Source: Octopus sinensis (Eukaryota). Taken from it: a DNA stretch of 64,000 nucleotides. A program made the position numbers and the translations under genes. The DNA lies in assembly GCF_006345805.1 (NCBI RefSeq), contig NC_042997.1, positions 6,758,001 to 6,822,000 of the forward strand, in the 5' to 3' direction. The notes under the pieces are model-generated. The model made no database searches, was not told the origin of the DNA, and saw only the letters and a list, made by a program, of their open reading frames with translations. Of the stretch, positions 14,354 to 27,304 are shown one piece after another (positions within the stretch are counted from its first letter, which is position 1; each line of letters opens with the position of its first letter).

Positions 14354-15928
14354 GTAGGAAGATACGATACAAATAATTCTTTCTGCATGCTATCTTTCAT
14401 TAGCTATAGAAAGATGTATCTTGACTAATAATCCCAGGTGTATTTCTTCCCTCTCTGAATATGCGATTTATCATGAAAGATTCAAATACTTTCGTTAGCA
14501 GAGGAAAGTCAATCCAAAACTAACGAGAAACTCAATGTTACCATGTAATTATTTTGCATATTTTTTTTTAATAATTAATATTATATTTAGTTTCTATAAA
14601 TGAATAACATAGACATTTAAAGTAGTATATTCCTGATGTTATCGAATAAATCACATATGTTCAGGTACTCTCATTGATTATTGTAATTAATCAGCTGCTT
14701 TGCAAAGTCTGGTCATGTTGCAAAGTTGTACAGTTAATTATGGACTGGTCAAGTTTCAAGCTGAGAGTTAGTTGTATAAATGTCTATGCCACTTGAACAC
14801 TACAGATGTACACGAATTCAATATTAGGTGAATAACTTACAAGCCTTCTACTCATATCATATATTACACGATAGTAAAGGCAATAAAGTTGACCGTCATA
14901 TATTGACATCAGCATCCACATATAACTCAGATATTTGATATTATCACCTTCAAATTTGAGTAGAACATATATAATGAATATCGGATCTGATTTCATTTAG
15001 ATCATTTCTATGTAATCTTTATACCCAGAAATATATTTGTTTCGGTACAGATGAAAGATGAAATATTCACTATGATTTTATGAGATGACGATATCATATA
15101 TTGTCTACCACAGATATATTACAAAAGCGTAAGCCTTGCTATCTATCTGTCTATCTATCTATCTATCTATCTAACTATGTATCTATCGGTTGATCGTTCT
15201 ATCTATTATCTATTTATCTGTCTATCAGTCTGTCTGCATAAACACATGTACAAACACAGATATACGGTATAAAATACATTTATATATCAAAATATGACAA
15301 AGACATGCACACGCATAGTGGTGTATGTATGTGCATGCGTGTGTGCTTGCGTGTGTGAATATGTGTGTATGCGATACACAAAAACGAACGCATACACACA
15401 TAAGCGAAATTCGTGTGTGATCACGAAGGCATAGATATAATTATTCATAACAATACATCAACATATTGCATCTAGCTTAAACCGGTATAGTGAGCGCGAT
15501 CTGAAACCTAACAACAACGCTCTTGTAAGTGCAGCTAGGAAACATACCGAGTGCCTATATAGTTACCTCACTAAGTTATGTTAGGAGACAACTCTGGTGT
15601 AAATGGCATGCTGGAGTAGAATTTTCTAATATATATATATCTTCAGGTTATTGGAGATGTAATGGGGCTCCTCAACAGCAAAAGAGGTACATCTTCCAGT
15701 AGTGGTTTGTTTCGGATACTTTTTGTTCAAAAAACTAACCACGATGTCTCACTATTTTTCCAGTTTTAGAGAGGTTACATGCTTCCACCCATTTCAGTTA
15801 GACGTAGTCAGCTGTAAATTTAAACGCTGTAGATTTCCAAAACAGTTCACCATGCTCAGGCCGGCCATACAAACACACACACGTATACACACACACACAC
15901 ACACGCATGAACACTCACACATATAAAT

Positions 15929-16250
15929 GGCACTCCGTCGGTTACGATGACGAGTGTTACATTTGATGCGATCAATTTGAGAGATTGCACATTAAGTTAA
16001 AATGGAAGTAGCTAAGCACTACACAAACATGTGTACACTTAACGTAGTTGTAAGGTAGATTAAGTATGAAGCAGTATGTGACAAAGCTAGCCCCTTGAAA
16101 TAGAGGTACTACTTAATTTTGCTAGCTGAGTGTATTGGAGAAAATTGAAATAAAGTGTCTTGTTCAAATGCACAATGCACTGTCGGAAGTTGAACTCATG
16201 ATATTACGGTCGTGACCTAAACTCCCTAAAAAAAGCCACAGGCCTTCACA
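15929..16250 (-). mobile_element. tRNA-derived SINE, family D (own head, family C-type tail)
   Basis: Minus head with gtcgtgagttcaac-like B-box region (atcatgagttcaacttcc) and ttgaacaagacactttatt; tail ttcaaggggctagctttgtcac..cgtcatcgtaaccgacggagtgcc is shared with family C. Confidence 0.7.
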
Positions 16251-16284
16251 CACATGCACTTACACACACATATATATATATATA

Positions 16285-16338
<54 letters not shown>

Positions 16339-16448
16339 AGTGCATGTGTGTGAAGGCGTGTGGCTTTTTTTAGGGAGTTTAGGTCACGACCGTAATATCA
16401 TGAGTTCAACTTCCGACAGTGCATTGTGCATTTGAACACACATGCACT

Positions 16449-16452
<4 letters not shown>
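16161..16452. repeat. Inverted duplication across an (AT)n tract
   Basis: Arms 16161-16264 and 16335-16438 match at 103/104, then cacacatgcacttaca recurs in forward orientation before another (AT)n. Confidence 0.92.
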
Positions 16453-16486
<34 letters not shown>

Positions 16487-16509
16487 TACATATATATATA
16501 TATATAATA

Positions 16510-16550
<41 letters not shown>

Positions 16551-16559
16551 TTTTGTTTG

Positions 16560-16797
16560 TTTTTGTTTGTTTTTGTTTTTTCCAGTTTCAGCTCTTGAGC
16601 TGTGGCCATGCTGGGGCACCGCCATTGTGGTGAAAGAGTACAGCAGGGATCACCACCCCCTGCCGGAGCCTCGTAGAGCTTTTTTTTTTAGGTGTTTTCG
16701 CTCAATAAACACACACAACGCCCGGTCTGAGAATCGAAACCGCGATCCTGCGACCGCGAGTCCGCTGCCCTAACCACTGGGCCATTACGCCTCTACA
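16560..16797 (-). mobile_element. SINE with family C head and family A-like tail
   Basis: Minus strand: gaggcgtaatggcccagtggttagggcagcggactcgcggtcgcaggatcgcggtttcgattctc (C head), then ggcggtgccccagcatggccacagctcaagagctgaaac (A-like tail). Confidence 0.8.
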
Positions 16798-16877
16798 TAT
16801 ATATATATATATATATATATATACGTTTAAATATTTGTTGTGCAAGATTTTTTATGTGAAGTCGTGTGTTGAAACAG

Positions 16878-17048
16878 ATATTGTTATATTTCGGAATGGT
16901 CATATTGTGACGAAAGATCTTTGGCCAAAATAAGATTAAGATTAATGTAAAAAATAAATATCACTGAAGCAAAATAACACCAAATATATAGTGCGTGTGT
17001 TTTTATTGGCTAAACTGGCAATATGACCATTCCGAAATATAACAATAT
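16878..17048. repeat. Perfect 30-bp inverted repeat, 171-bp span
   Basis: atattgttatatttcggaatggtcatattg (16878-16907) / caatatgaccattccgaaatataacaatat (17019-17048). Confidence 0.9.
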
Positions 17049-17164
17049 ATAATATATATATACATATATACATATACGTACATATAAGAGAACAAGGTGT
17101 ACGTAGGCCGCAATATATGTATAAAAATATATATATAAAAATACAAAATGGGACAAGAAGGTAA

Positions 17165-17530
17165 AACATTCAAATAGACGATACAAAAAACGGACGGGTC
17201 ATTGGGACCCTCTAATCGTCAGTCAAGAACCGGATCATCCTCGCAATTTCGGCTCATTAATATTGAAATTGCTCCGATCTGGCCAGCCCCAAGGAAAAAC
17301 TAAGCTACGAGCATTAGATTTCTTGAAAAAAAGGATCGAATGTATCCGAAACAAGGACAGAAAAACGGACGATGTTACACGAATATAAATACAAAAAACA
17401 AAAAGTAATACGAATATGAATACAAAAACCAATAACAATAATAATAACAGGACAAAAACAACAGGCGTCTTTCGACTTTAGACAGTTCAACTTAGCTGGC
17501 GTATTCGAAAAATAATACCTTACGGCAGAG
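17165..17530 (-). mobile_element. Unclassified interspersed repeat (family F)
   Basis: Collinear with 57436-57775 on the opposite strand over ~350 bp. Confidence 0.7.
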
Positions 17531-17604
17531 GAATAATTTGATGTTGTCCTGGCGCTGGTCAGAAGCCGAAAGGCTATAGTTGACCGGCGGTCACGTGAGA
17601 AGAG

Positions 17605-17942
17605 ACTGGGGAAAGTATTTTTTACTATAGCTTCGGGCTGACCGAATCCTTGTAAGTGGATTTGGTAGACGAAAACTGAAAGTATCCCGTCGTATATATG
17701 TACATGTGCATATATACATGCATGTGTGTTTTTGAGTCTGTGTTTATCCCCCCAAATTCGCTTGACAGCCGATGCTGGTGTGTTTACGCCCCCGTAACAT
17801 AGCGGTTCGTCGCAACATAGCGGTTCGTAAGAATAAGTACTAGGCTTACAAAGAATAAGTCCTGGGTTGATTTGCTAGACTAAAGGCGGTGCTCCAGCAT
17901 GGCCGCAGTGAAATAACTGAAACATGTAAAAGAGTAAAAGGG
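17605..17942 (+). mobile_element. SINE family A, 5' truncated
   Basis: actatagc..gtggatttggtagacg..cccgtcg, internal TA/TG tract, tail ggcggtgctccagcatggccgcag..gtaaaagagtaaaag. Confidence 0.85.
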
Positions 17943-17965
17943 TGTATACACACACACACGAAAAT

Positions 17966-18059
<94 letters not shown>

Positions 18060-18067
18060 ATAAATAT

Positions 18068-18305
18068 TAGGGAATATATCCAAATTTACAGGGAAAAAAA
18101 ATCAGATTTAGGATTAAATCCAATTTTATAGTAAAAAATTATAAAATATTATTTGAGACAAAACCACTATTTTGCAAAACAAACAAGGAAAGACTTAATC
18201 AATACATAAAATTTAATAAATAGTCCTATTTATTAAATTTTATGTATTGATTAAGTCTTTCCTTGTTTGTTTTGCAAAATAGTGGTTTTGTCTCAAATAA
18301 TATTT

Positions 18306-18309
<4 letters not shown>
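18068..18309 (+). mobile_element. Same family as 12111-12466, ending in a perfect 84-bp fold-back
   Basis: tagggaat..atccaaa..aatcagatttaggatt..aaaaccactatt..caatacat is shared with 12327-12466 (minus). Arms 18140-18223 / 18226-18309 are perfect with a 2-nt spacer; (AT)n on both sides. Confidence 0.65.
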
Positions 18310-18341
<32 letters not shown>

Positions 18342-19176
18342 CATATATACATATATATATACATATATACACACGGTTCTTTCCCATTTGCTTTCATTTT
18401 ATGAACTCCGAATGCGACTAAAATCATATTTGGCTCTCTATTATTAACGTCGTGTTTTACCTAGAAGGAACCACGCCTATATTTTGGTACGGATATATCT
18501 CCTTGTCCTGGTACCAATATATTTCAAAGTTTTTGAAACAACTGAAAAATTATTCGTATGAAAATGCTGCTTAATCGTTCTTGGTTCTTCTAACAGATGT
18601 TGAACGAATCGCGAAAAACTACTTTCTAGCTATGTGATAAGTGAGAGCAAAGAAAAGACGAGAAATAAAATCTGAACTCAGAGTATTAAGTGCCGGAGAT
18701 GAAACCACACATTTCAGTCAATCAACGTCTTCAAGTTGGTACAGTATCAAATCCATCAATCTGCACTTCGTCTGCATTTGAATGCAAGTTATCTGATTGT
18801 TAAATTGTTACGTAATACAGAAAATCTACGAATATAAATAGCAAAAGAAAGGAAAAGAATTGCATATTATCTGAGCCAGCAGATTATTAATTTAAATCAT
18901 ACTGTGTACACGATATGTATCATATATGTGTTTGTGATTTCATTTGACACCTAAGATGATTTATGCTTTAGCAGCAGTTGAATCTTTATGTATTTTGGTC
19001 AGTTCGAAACAGCATTACTTTCCCTCATATCAATAGGTTATGTAAAACTAACTGCTATATTTACTATGCACTCTTAGATAACAAAAACTATGTAATACAT
19101 AAACACAGAGACTCATAAACTGTAAGACGCATAATAACATGTATACATACAAAAATACATACATGCAAGCACATAG

Positions 19177-19216
<40 letters not shown>

Positions 19217-19318
19217 ATATATATATATAATATATATATATATATATTATATATATATACAATATATGTATATATATTTGTTCAATCATCTGACGTGTTG
19301 AATGTTTTCTTTGCCAAG

Positions 19319-19493
19319 GAAATATTATGTCAAGCAGTAGTGCTTTGGATAAAGAGAACAGTTTGCTTCTACTAGGATGCGAGTTGGGAGCAACACCACC
19401 TGGGGGATGGATGAGGATCTCTGATTCTGAAAGATTTGCAATCTCTGAGACCCCAGACATATCACTACTGATGCATCTCAGAAAATGCGCAAG
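19319..19493 (+). CDS. Candidate internal exon, product unknown
   Basis: GC-richer island; acceptor ttttctttgccaag|, donor AAG|gtgcat; only one + frame is open (GNIMSSSSALDKENSLLLLGCELGATPPGGW..LRKCA). A minus frame is also open. Confidence 0.25.
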
Positions 19494-19926
19494 GTGCATT
19501 TTAAATTAAATATTTGTTTATTCACTCAATAGCAAACATTTATGATATATAAATATATAAATAATTTAATGCATATATACCTACACACATATACTCAAAC
19601 ATATATGTGTGTATATATGTGTCTTTCTATGTATGCATGCATGTATGTATGTATGTATGTATGTATGTATGTATGTATGTACGTATGTATGTATTAAGAT
19701 GTGTACAAACGAAAGAAATAGAACTTAATTTCAGTTAGATTATCATGTAGCTTTATAATTGTTGGACGTAGTTCCATGTAACATATATTTCTAGGCTGTG
19801 GATGCATTTAAGATGTCAGATATATGAATATAACTATATATGTACATTCAAACATGTATAAATCTATATATGTATGAATAAATGTTGTTACACACAAGTG
19901 CGCGCGAACACACACATACACACATA

Positions 19927-20151
19927 TAGTGTTGGCCAAAAGTCACATAACAAACTTCCATAAATACTATCTTTAATTCTGTATTGACCCGAATGGAAAA
20001 ATATATCCCTCACGAAGGGCTTCAGTTTGAACAATTTTCATGACGTTTCATATTTAGATGCTATTATTAAATTCATTCAGTGGTTAAATTTAAAGAAATC
20101 TTGGAATTATACCGTTTTGATTTACTCTCAGGTGACATTTGACCAACCCTG
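19927..20151. mobile_element. Tc1/mariner-type MITE (~225 bp)
   Basis: Terminal inverted repeats tagtgttggccaaaagtcac (19927-19946) and gtgacatttgaccaaccctg (20132-20151) match at 16/20; TA precedes the left end; non-coding interior. Confidence 0.6.
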
Positions 20152-20184
20152 AATATACATACATAAATACACACATATATATAT

Positions 20185-20266
<82 letters not shown>

Positions 20267-20284
20267 TATATATATATATATATG

Positions 20285-20346
<62 letters not shown>

Positions 20347-20391
20347 GATAGATACATGTATATGTGAAGATAGCGCGCGAGAGAGTGAGAG

Positions 20392-20422
<31 letters not shown>

Positions 20423-21402
20423 CATTCATATGTGTGTGTGTATTTACGTATATGCGTATATACATATTTGCCCTATTGGGTTTCTATACGATGGATGAAT
20501 GGCCAATACGTGAAAATTTCAAACGGAGAAAAAATACTGAACAACTATTCATTGATAAACGGATAAAGACTATGAAAATTTATAAGAAATCACACATCCT
20601 AATACGCTCATATACACAGTCTTCAATTCACATGTATATTCAAATTCATATATCTCTGTGTACATGAGTGTGTGTTTTCATGCGCGTATGTGTACCTGCA
20701 CGTACAGACACACAAGTTCAATGTGTCTACACATATAGACAATATTCCGTACGTTATTACAACCAGCAATTGAATACTGTTATATACAGAACACATATAC
20801 GTACAAACTAAGTGTTGTAAATTATATATTCTGAGTTAAAAGACTGAGAAATTGGTTTGCTACAGAAGTAGAACTGATGAGATCATGTCAACAGTCTCAT
20901 CACCAACTGCGACAAAAATACTCTGACCAATAACTGATTGATTGATCAAATGATTCTTCAAATATTCGATTAGATATTTAGTGAACTAGTTGAATGGAAT
21001 TCATAATAATAATGAAATAAAATTAGTTCTTGAGCATTTATCTGCTAAATTACTTTCTAAATTAAAACAGAGGTATAAACAAAACATATAAGTACCGACA
21101 TGTATAAACACACGCATATACACAGGCGTGGATATGTGTGTGTGTGAGAGAATGTGTGCGCGCGTGGTGTGCGCATGTGTGAGTATCGATAGACAGATGA
21201 ATAGAAAAATATTTATATTTACATACATATCTCTATGTATATATACATAGTTATCTCTCTCTCGCTCTCTCCCTCTCTCTCTCTATATATATATATTTAT
21301 ATACATATATATACATACATATATATATACATATATATATAGTTATATACACATATATTATATATGCATATATGTGTATGTATGTATGTATATGTATATA
21401 TA

Positions 21403-21492
<90 letters not shown>

Positions 21493-21586
21493 CACACACA
21501 CATATATTAAGAACTTTGGATAATGAAGATAAATCGTACTTGGTACATTATTTATCACAACGATCGTTTCGACACATCCTGCACAG

Positions 21587-21657
21587 GCTGCTTAATGGTG
21601 GGGAGAAACAATGCATTGAATTACAGTGCACTCCGCAGTGTAGAAGTATTTCTACAG
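21587..21657 (+). CDS. Candidate internal exon, product unknown
   Basis: Acceptor catcctgcacag|, donor CAG|gtaaaa; two frames are open. Confidence 0.25.
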
Positions 21658-21898
21658 GTAAAAGAACTCTATTGTTAAAGAAGTGATGTTCCGCTCTAAA
21701 AAAATTAGCCAGAGCATTTGGATAATTGCCGTATCCAAAATCATTGACCGGAAATGAGGTATGGCTGGCAAAGAATAGATTAAGTTCCAGAGCTGGCTAT
21801 ACAGACAGGAAGTGATTAAAAAAATTCAATACAAAGATAAGGAATGATAAAGAACACGATAAATTAAAATAAAGCACATTCTGCCAGTGATCTAAGCG

Positions 21899-22501
21899 TC
21901 AATTCTGTAGGTTTTTACTCCATTCTAAACGCTTTGCATCGTTTGTTTTGAAAGTTGTTTTCTGATTGCAGCGCTCCCGTAAAATCCGGCTTTGTGCTCC
22001 TCCCGGAGGAACAGTTTTTGTGCAAACTGGGTTCTCGAGGTGGTCTTTAAGCTCTACAGTAAATTTCGGAGCTGTAATTTTGCGATCCTTTCTAACAATT
22101 CGTGTAAGCATCCGACGGTCCGTATCTGAAAGTTTTGGTTTTCTTCCGGAGTTATGTTTCGTTGTGGATTTTACCTCCTTCTCAAAGGCTCTTATTACTT
22201 TTGAAAAAGTACTTCTTGATACACCAAATATTTCGGCTGTTTTCGTTACGCTAGCACCTGCCATACGTTCACCAACAATTTGACCTCTTTGATAGTCCGA
22301 CACAGCTGTCATTTTAATTAATTTTAATTAACTTTATCTGATGATATCTGAAAAGAAACAGCAATTTTAGCAAAACATATTTAGCAACACTAATAATAAA
22401 TAAAAAAAATCATAGAAATAAGCTTTTCACGATTTTATAGATATTTTAAAATTATAATGCTATGATGCTAGGTTTTTCCGTTATTTTGTCTAACCTATGT
22501 A
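21899..22501 (-). mobile_element. Tc1-family DNA transposon, 5' portion with TIR and frameshifted transposase N-terminus
   Basis: ORF 22312-21899: SDYQRGQIVG..GASVTKTAEIFGVSRST..SGRKPKLSDTDRRMLTRIV..KRLEW (Tc1 DNA-binding region). TIR-like end at 22471-22499 (minus: CATAGGTTAGACAAAATAACGGAAAAACC) next to TA at 22500-22501. No DDE domain and no second TIR seen. Confidence 0.9.
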
Positions 22502-24412
22502 TGTGTGGGTAGGGGTGATATGATTGGGTTGTATTAAGGGATGGGAAGAAAAAAGGTATGTGTGGAGTGATACTAAAGTAACGAAATGAACATATATGGC
22601 GTCTGGGAGAGACAGTATATATAACAATATCTGCGCGCGCGCGTAATTGTACGTGTAATTTTGCGAGTGTATCTGTATGTGTGTGATTGTGTGTAATAAG
22701 ACTATTTTAATAGACATTTTCCCTCTTATGCTCCATGCAGCGAAAGAGCAAAGGGATATATTCTGATAAAAATTTGCATTTATCATTACATTATAAATGT
22801 GACAGTGAACATTTCCGTAGACGTTAATACAGATTCTTGACAGACTGCAGAAGTAGTACAGAATTTTGAGATATTTGAGTCCCAGCTATTTGGCAAATAT
22901 TTGAAGGGTGATATAAAAAAATAAGCAAAAATCACTCTATATGTGCCAGCTTCGTGTTTTGTTTAATTTTCTATTTTACTTTTAAAAAATTTATGCTTAG
23001 CCATCTAGGTCATATCCTCATATACTTGTATGTGTTAAAAAAAATATACAGAAATACTGAAAAATTATTTGGCACTCAATCAATTCTGATATTTTAGTTT
23101 TGCTTTTAAGTATTTACCAATATAAAGCTATTTAATTAACAATCTAATCAGATTAATTATACAAATGAAATAAAGTTTAAAGCCAATAAAATGTATGTTG
23201 GTCTTTCAAACATTGTCTACACATACTTTTTGCAGACTTGTCGAAAATTACTTTTATTATACCATTTCTGTGAGTTTCTATCATTCTTTCCGCCTTCTTT
23301 CCTTCGTTTGTTTCTCTATTTGTTCCTCCCTTTTTACGTCAGGAAGATTAAATGGAAAACGTCCGGTAATTGCTTTCTGTTATTGTTCCTTCATTCAGTG
23401 TCAGGAAATGATGCTGATAAAGCTAACCTTTTAGAGAGAGAAGATAAATTGAACTTTACGTCTCGTCTTATTTGGTAATGTCAATTAAAGCAAAAACAAA
23501 GTAAATAACTCCGACACAAACATTTTCTTTATTTCGTCTGCAATAACTTCTACCTAAGATAATAATAACCAGATGCTATTTTCTAAATAACCTTTTTTTT
23601 ATATGTATTCATTTGATTCTGGTTAGTAGAGCAGTGCTACTATAAATCAGTTAGAAGCAATATAAAAAAAATTATTTCCGGATATAGCGTGAGAAAAAAT
23701 TATTTAATTGGTTCAGTCGAGCCAATCTCAACAAAAACATTCTTTGTAGCTGTTTTTCCTGTCTTTTTCCAACGCATGCAGAGAAAATTCCCTCAGCCGA
23801 ATATATATGTGTATGTGCGTTTGTGTGTGTGCATCGATATTGATTTTCTGTATAGTTTAAAAACGTATTTGTTTCGGTGATTAATCAGAATAATTTCTCT
23901 AATAATATACAAATATTACATTGAAATACTTTTCGTTCTCTTTCAGCAGATGTACATTCAAATAAACTGCTAAGAAAGTAAGATGATAGTTGTGAGTTTC
24001 TCAGGTGCGTATGTGTAAAATATTCGTGTGGGAAGAAATTAGAGAAAAAATTAATTCAGAATCAGCAAAAAAAATCAAGACTTAGAATATACTCAACGCA
24101 ACCACATACTTCCTCGTACTCATACAAGAGCGAACTCACAGATACTTCTATATATAAAATCCTATTCACATACACATACATATAAAGGTAGATTTCTTAC
24201 CGCAGGTTACTTATGTCACATTGGTGCTTAGGCCACATCAGCTTCATTTCGAAGCTTTCTACTAAGTACTTAGGCCACATCAGCTTCATTTCGAAGCTTT
24301 CTAGCAAGGTCACCCAACTCAAGAGCACTTGCCTTCCTGCGAGCTACATTTCCTCATTTGCCAAAGTGTTTCATACATATGCACACATACACATTCTCGC
24401 ACAGATACACGT

Positions 24413-24459
<47 letters not shown>

Positions 24460-25024
24460 GACACATAAACATGCAGGCAAATATACGAGTATATATTTTC
24501 GGTTATTTATGTACATAAGCTAGATTGTATATAACTAGACGCGCATTACTAATCCATACAATATTTATTCTACCTTGGACATGTTATCTCCCTCGTACGC
24601 AGTCACATACACCTCGCTACAGATGGCCAGTTTAGAAAATCAATCTTTTCTAGAATTGATACGCGTAAAACATTACTGGATGTGTCGTATTGGAAAAGTT
24701 AGGTGCATAGTATAAATCAATGATAATCGATTTTTGATTGATCTGATGTTGTCAGTGTAATAACTAATATTACCCACATTCGCATGTAGGCGTCGGTAAT
24801 CAAAATATATATTACTAGTACAATCTACTCGCGGCGATTTTGCAAAATCTCATTTGAATATATTTATCTTCAACTAATACAGTAAGCATTATAGGAATAG
24901 TATATTTTTCTGTATCGCTGGTATTAATTTCCTATGTATTTCTCTTTAATCGTAACATTTTAATATCTGGCATTGTATTATTTACGTTTTTATGTTACAA
25001 TTATCCACTCCATTTAGCTATCAG

Positions 25025-25042
25025 TATTACTATTATTATTAC

Positions 25043-25139
<97 letters not shown>

Positions 25140-25141
25140 TC

Positions 25142-25185
<44 letters not shown>
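25025..25185. repeat. (TAT)n microsatellite
   Basis: Read directly. Confidence 0.95.
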
Positions 25186-25189
<4 letters not shown>

Positions 25190-25546
25190 CCTCATTTTTC
25201 CTTATATTTCCATTTTATTTCATCTTCGGCCAAGTCTCAACCGGAGAACTAACGCACGTATATATTAGATGGGGTGCAACTTCCTGAGAAGGTGAGCGGT
25301 TGATATGAGCACGATGCATTTATTTTATTAGTGTCTACTATTATGACTGCAACAATATTAGCTAAAATTTGTAAAATATTGGCGGTGGAAATACAATAAT
25401 AATACAACTAGTGACTTTAAAGCTCATTGTTAGATGTGATATATTAATTTTTGTAATATGTTCAGGGTAGTAGATTCAAATATCGAAACATTTGTGATTG
25501 ACTAAATAAAAACTGTTTATTACTTGAGAAACGAGATTCTGTACCA

Positions 25547-27304
25547 CTAGCAGTATAGCCCTGCGTTGCCGGGGATAACGTTAAGATTATTAAGATAATC
25601 AAGCGCTTTGTTTCAAACCAAATTAAGTAACACCAACGTGGAATTTCAGCGAAATCCGTTGACATTGGTAGACATTTGGTTGAAGATGAGTTGCAGACAA
25701 TTTGATTGGAAAATCCCATAAGGAATCGGTTTATTAATTTTTCCACTCATCGATTGCTTTTTTTTTTTTTTGAGAACTTAAGGCATTCAAAGGTCCCATG
25801 AGTCCTAAGTAACGCCGGCATCAATTTTGCACAAATAAACGTCAAAATTGGTAAAATTATGGTTAAAAATAGGGTGTAGCCAAGTTTTATGGGAAATCCA
25901 ATAAGGAATCATTTTATCGATTTTTCATTCTGATTGCAGGGAAAACCCCATACGGAATTAGTTCATTGATTTTCACTCCAAACAGGACTTAACCGAACAC
26001 AGCATTGCTGATTTGAAAAATCTATATTTATAATTTAAAGTTAGTGACCACACCCAACACAGTTCTGCAGAATCAGTGTCGTGACAGGAGTTTGACCAGC
26101 AGAGGTGATCAGATTGCACATGCCGGCCCTTTCGAAACCCCCACCGTCATCTAACCCCCTTGGCCCACGTGTAGGGAGCCCTTTCAGCTAGGAATGTAGA
26201 ACGCCCAAAAGGCTTCCGATCGTCTGTGTTAGAAGAGGTTATGTTCGCATCACAACTAATCCTTAAACTAAGCCTAACCTAACCTAGCACAAGTGGGCTT
26301 GGGAGACTCGAAACAGCAGCGACTAATCCCGATCTACTTTTAACCCATCCTAGGGGTAGTGCCGGTCAAGGCTTTATCGAAGATATGCATTGCAGAAAGT
26401 TGCCTCGGAGATCTGCATCGAAGATCTGCATTGGAGGTTATCTCGAAGGTTTGCACGCTAAGGTTTGTTGGGAGTGGGTAAACTTTCTAAGGCTTCCACC
26501 CGATTTTTTCGGACAACAAAAAGAGTTTTGTAGGATACTAGGTCACAGGAATTTATTAAACAAAAAAATTCCGATGATTCCGGGCTGGAGCCCCACGCGA
26601 CCAACCCCTTTATTTTCCGAAAGTAAACAAGGGATTTGCAGCATATTAGAAGGTCAGGGTACTTGATTCCACGAAAAAAACATCCGATTTTTCCTTTTTT
26701 TCCTTAGTGAAAATCGTGCGGGTGAAAAGATCAATGGGAGTGGGGTTGACATTTCCAGCATTTCCACAACCACCCCGTTTTTCGGACACCCAAACGGGTT
26801 TTGTAGTATATTGGGAGGTCACAGGAAGTTCCTTCAACGAAAAAAAAAAAAACCCAATGCTTCTGGGATGGGGGAGTCTTTTCCCTGACCTTACCCCCTC
26901 TTTTCCGAACCATGATAAGTGATTTGCAGCATATTAGAAAGTCAGGGTACATGCTACCAAGCAAAAAACCGGAGTTTTCCTTAGTGAAAATCATGCGGGT
27001 GTTAATCTAAAAATGTTCCCTCTGTTTTTCCTTTCTGCCGTTGCTAGACAGGGGAGTTAACTCATGTTAGTAAACTTACCGATTTCACCGCCGTGGCAAA
27101 TGGTAAAAGTAACGGTTGAAATCGATTTTTACCGCTATCCCCGGGTGTCTCGGGTAAAATAAGTTGACAAAAACACAGCCATGGTCGTGACCAATGTTCT
27201 AAAATTGGAGCGATATGCGTGCTAATTTGTGGACGTGCATAAATTACATTCACGTACAGACACACTCATACAAACGCACACGCGTACATCCTAATTTTTA
27301 TAGA
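25547..27304 (-). mobile_element. Non-autonomous Helitron (1758 bp)
   Basis: Minus strand starts A|TCTAT (27304) and ends ccccggcaacgcaggg-ctatactg-CTAG|T (25547): 5' TC, imperfect 3' hairpin, CTAG end, A|T insertion site, no TSD. GC-richer than its flanks, with internal tandem repeats. Confidence 0.7.

Noticed and set aside
14287-15686. Resemblance of IIDVINYAKFEVIGD to the cyclase motif KVETIGD, and of IGDVMGLLNSKRGNI to EF-G domain V
   Set aside because: Both depend on unverified splicing, and the flanking residues match neither family.
26268-26287. Telomere-like (CCTAA)n
   Set aside because: Only about three units, inside the Helitron; too short to be an interstitial telomere.
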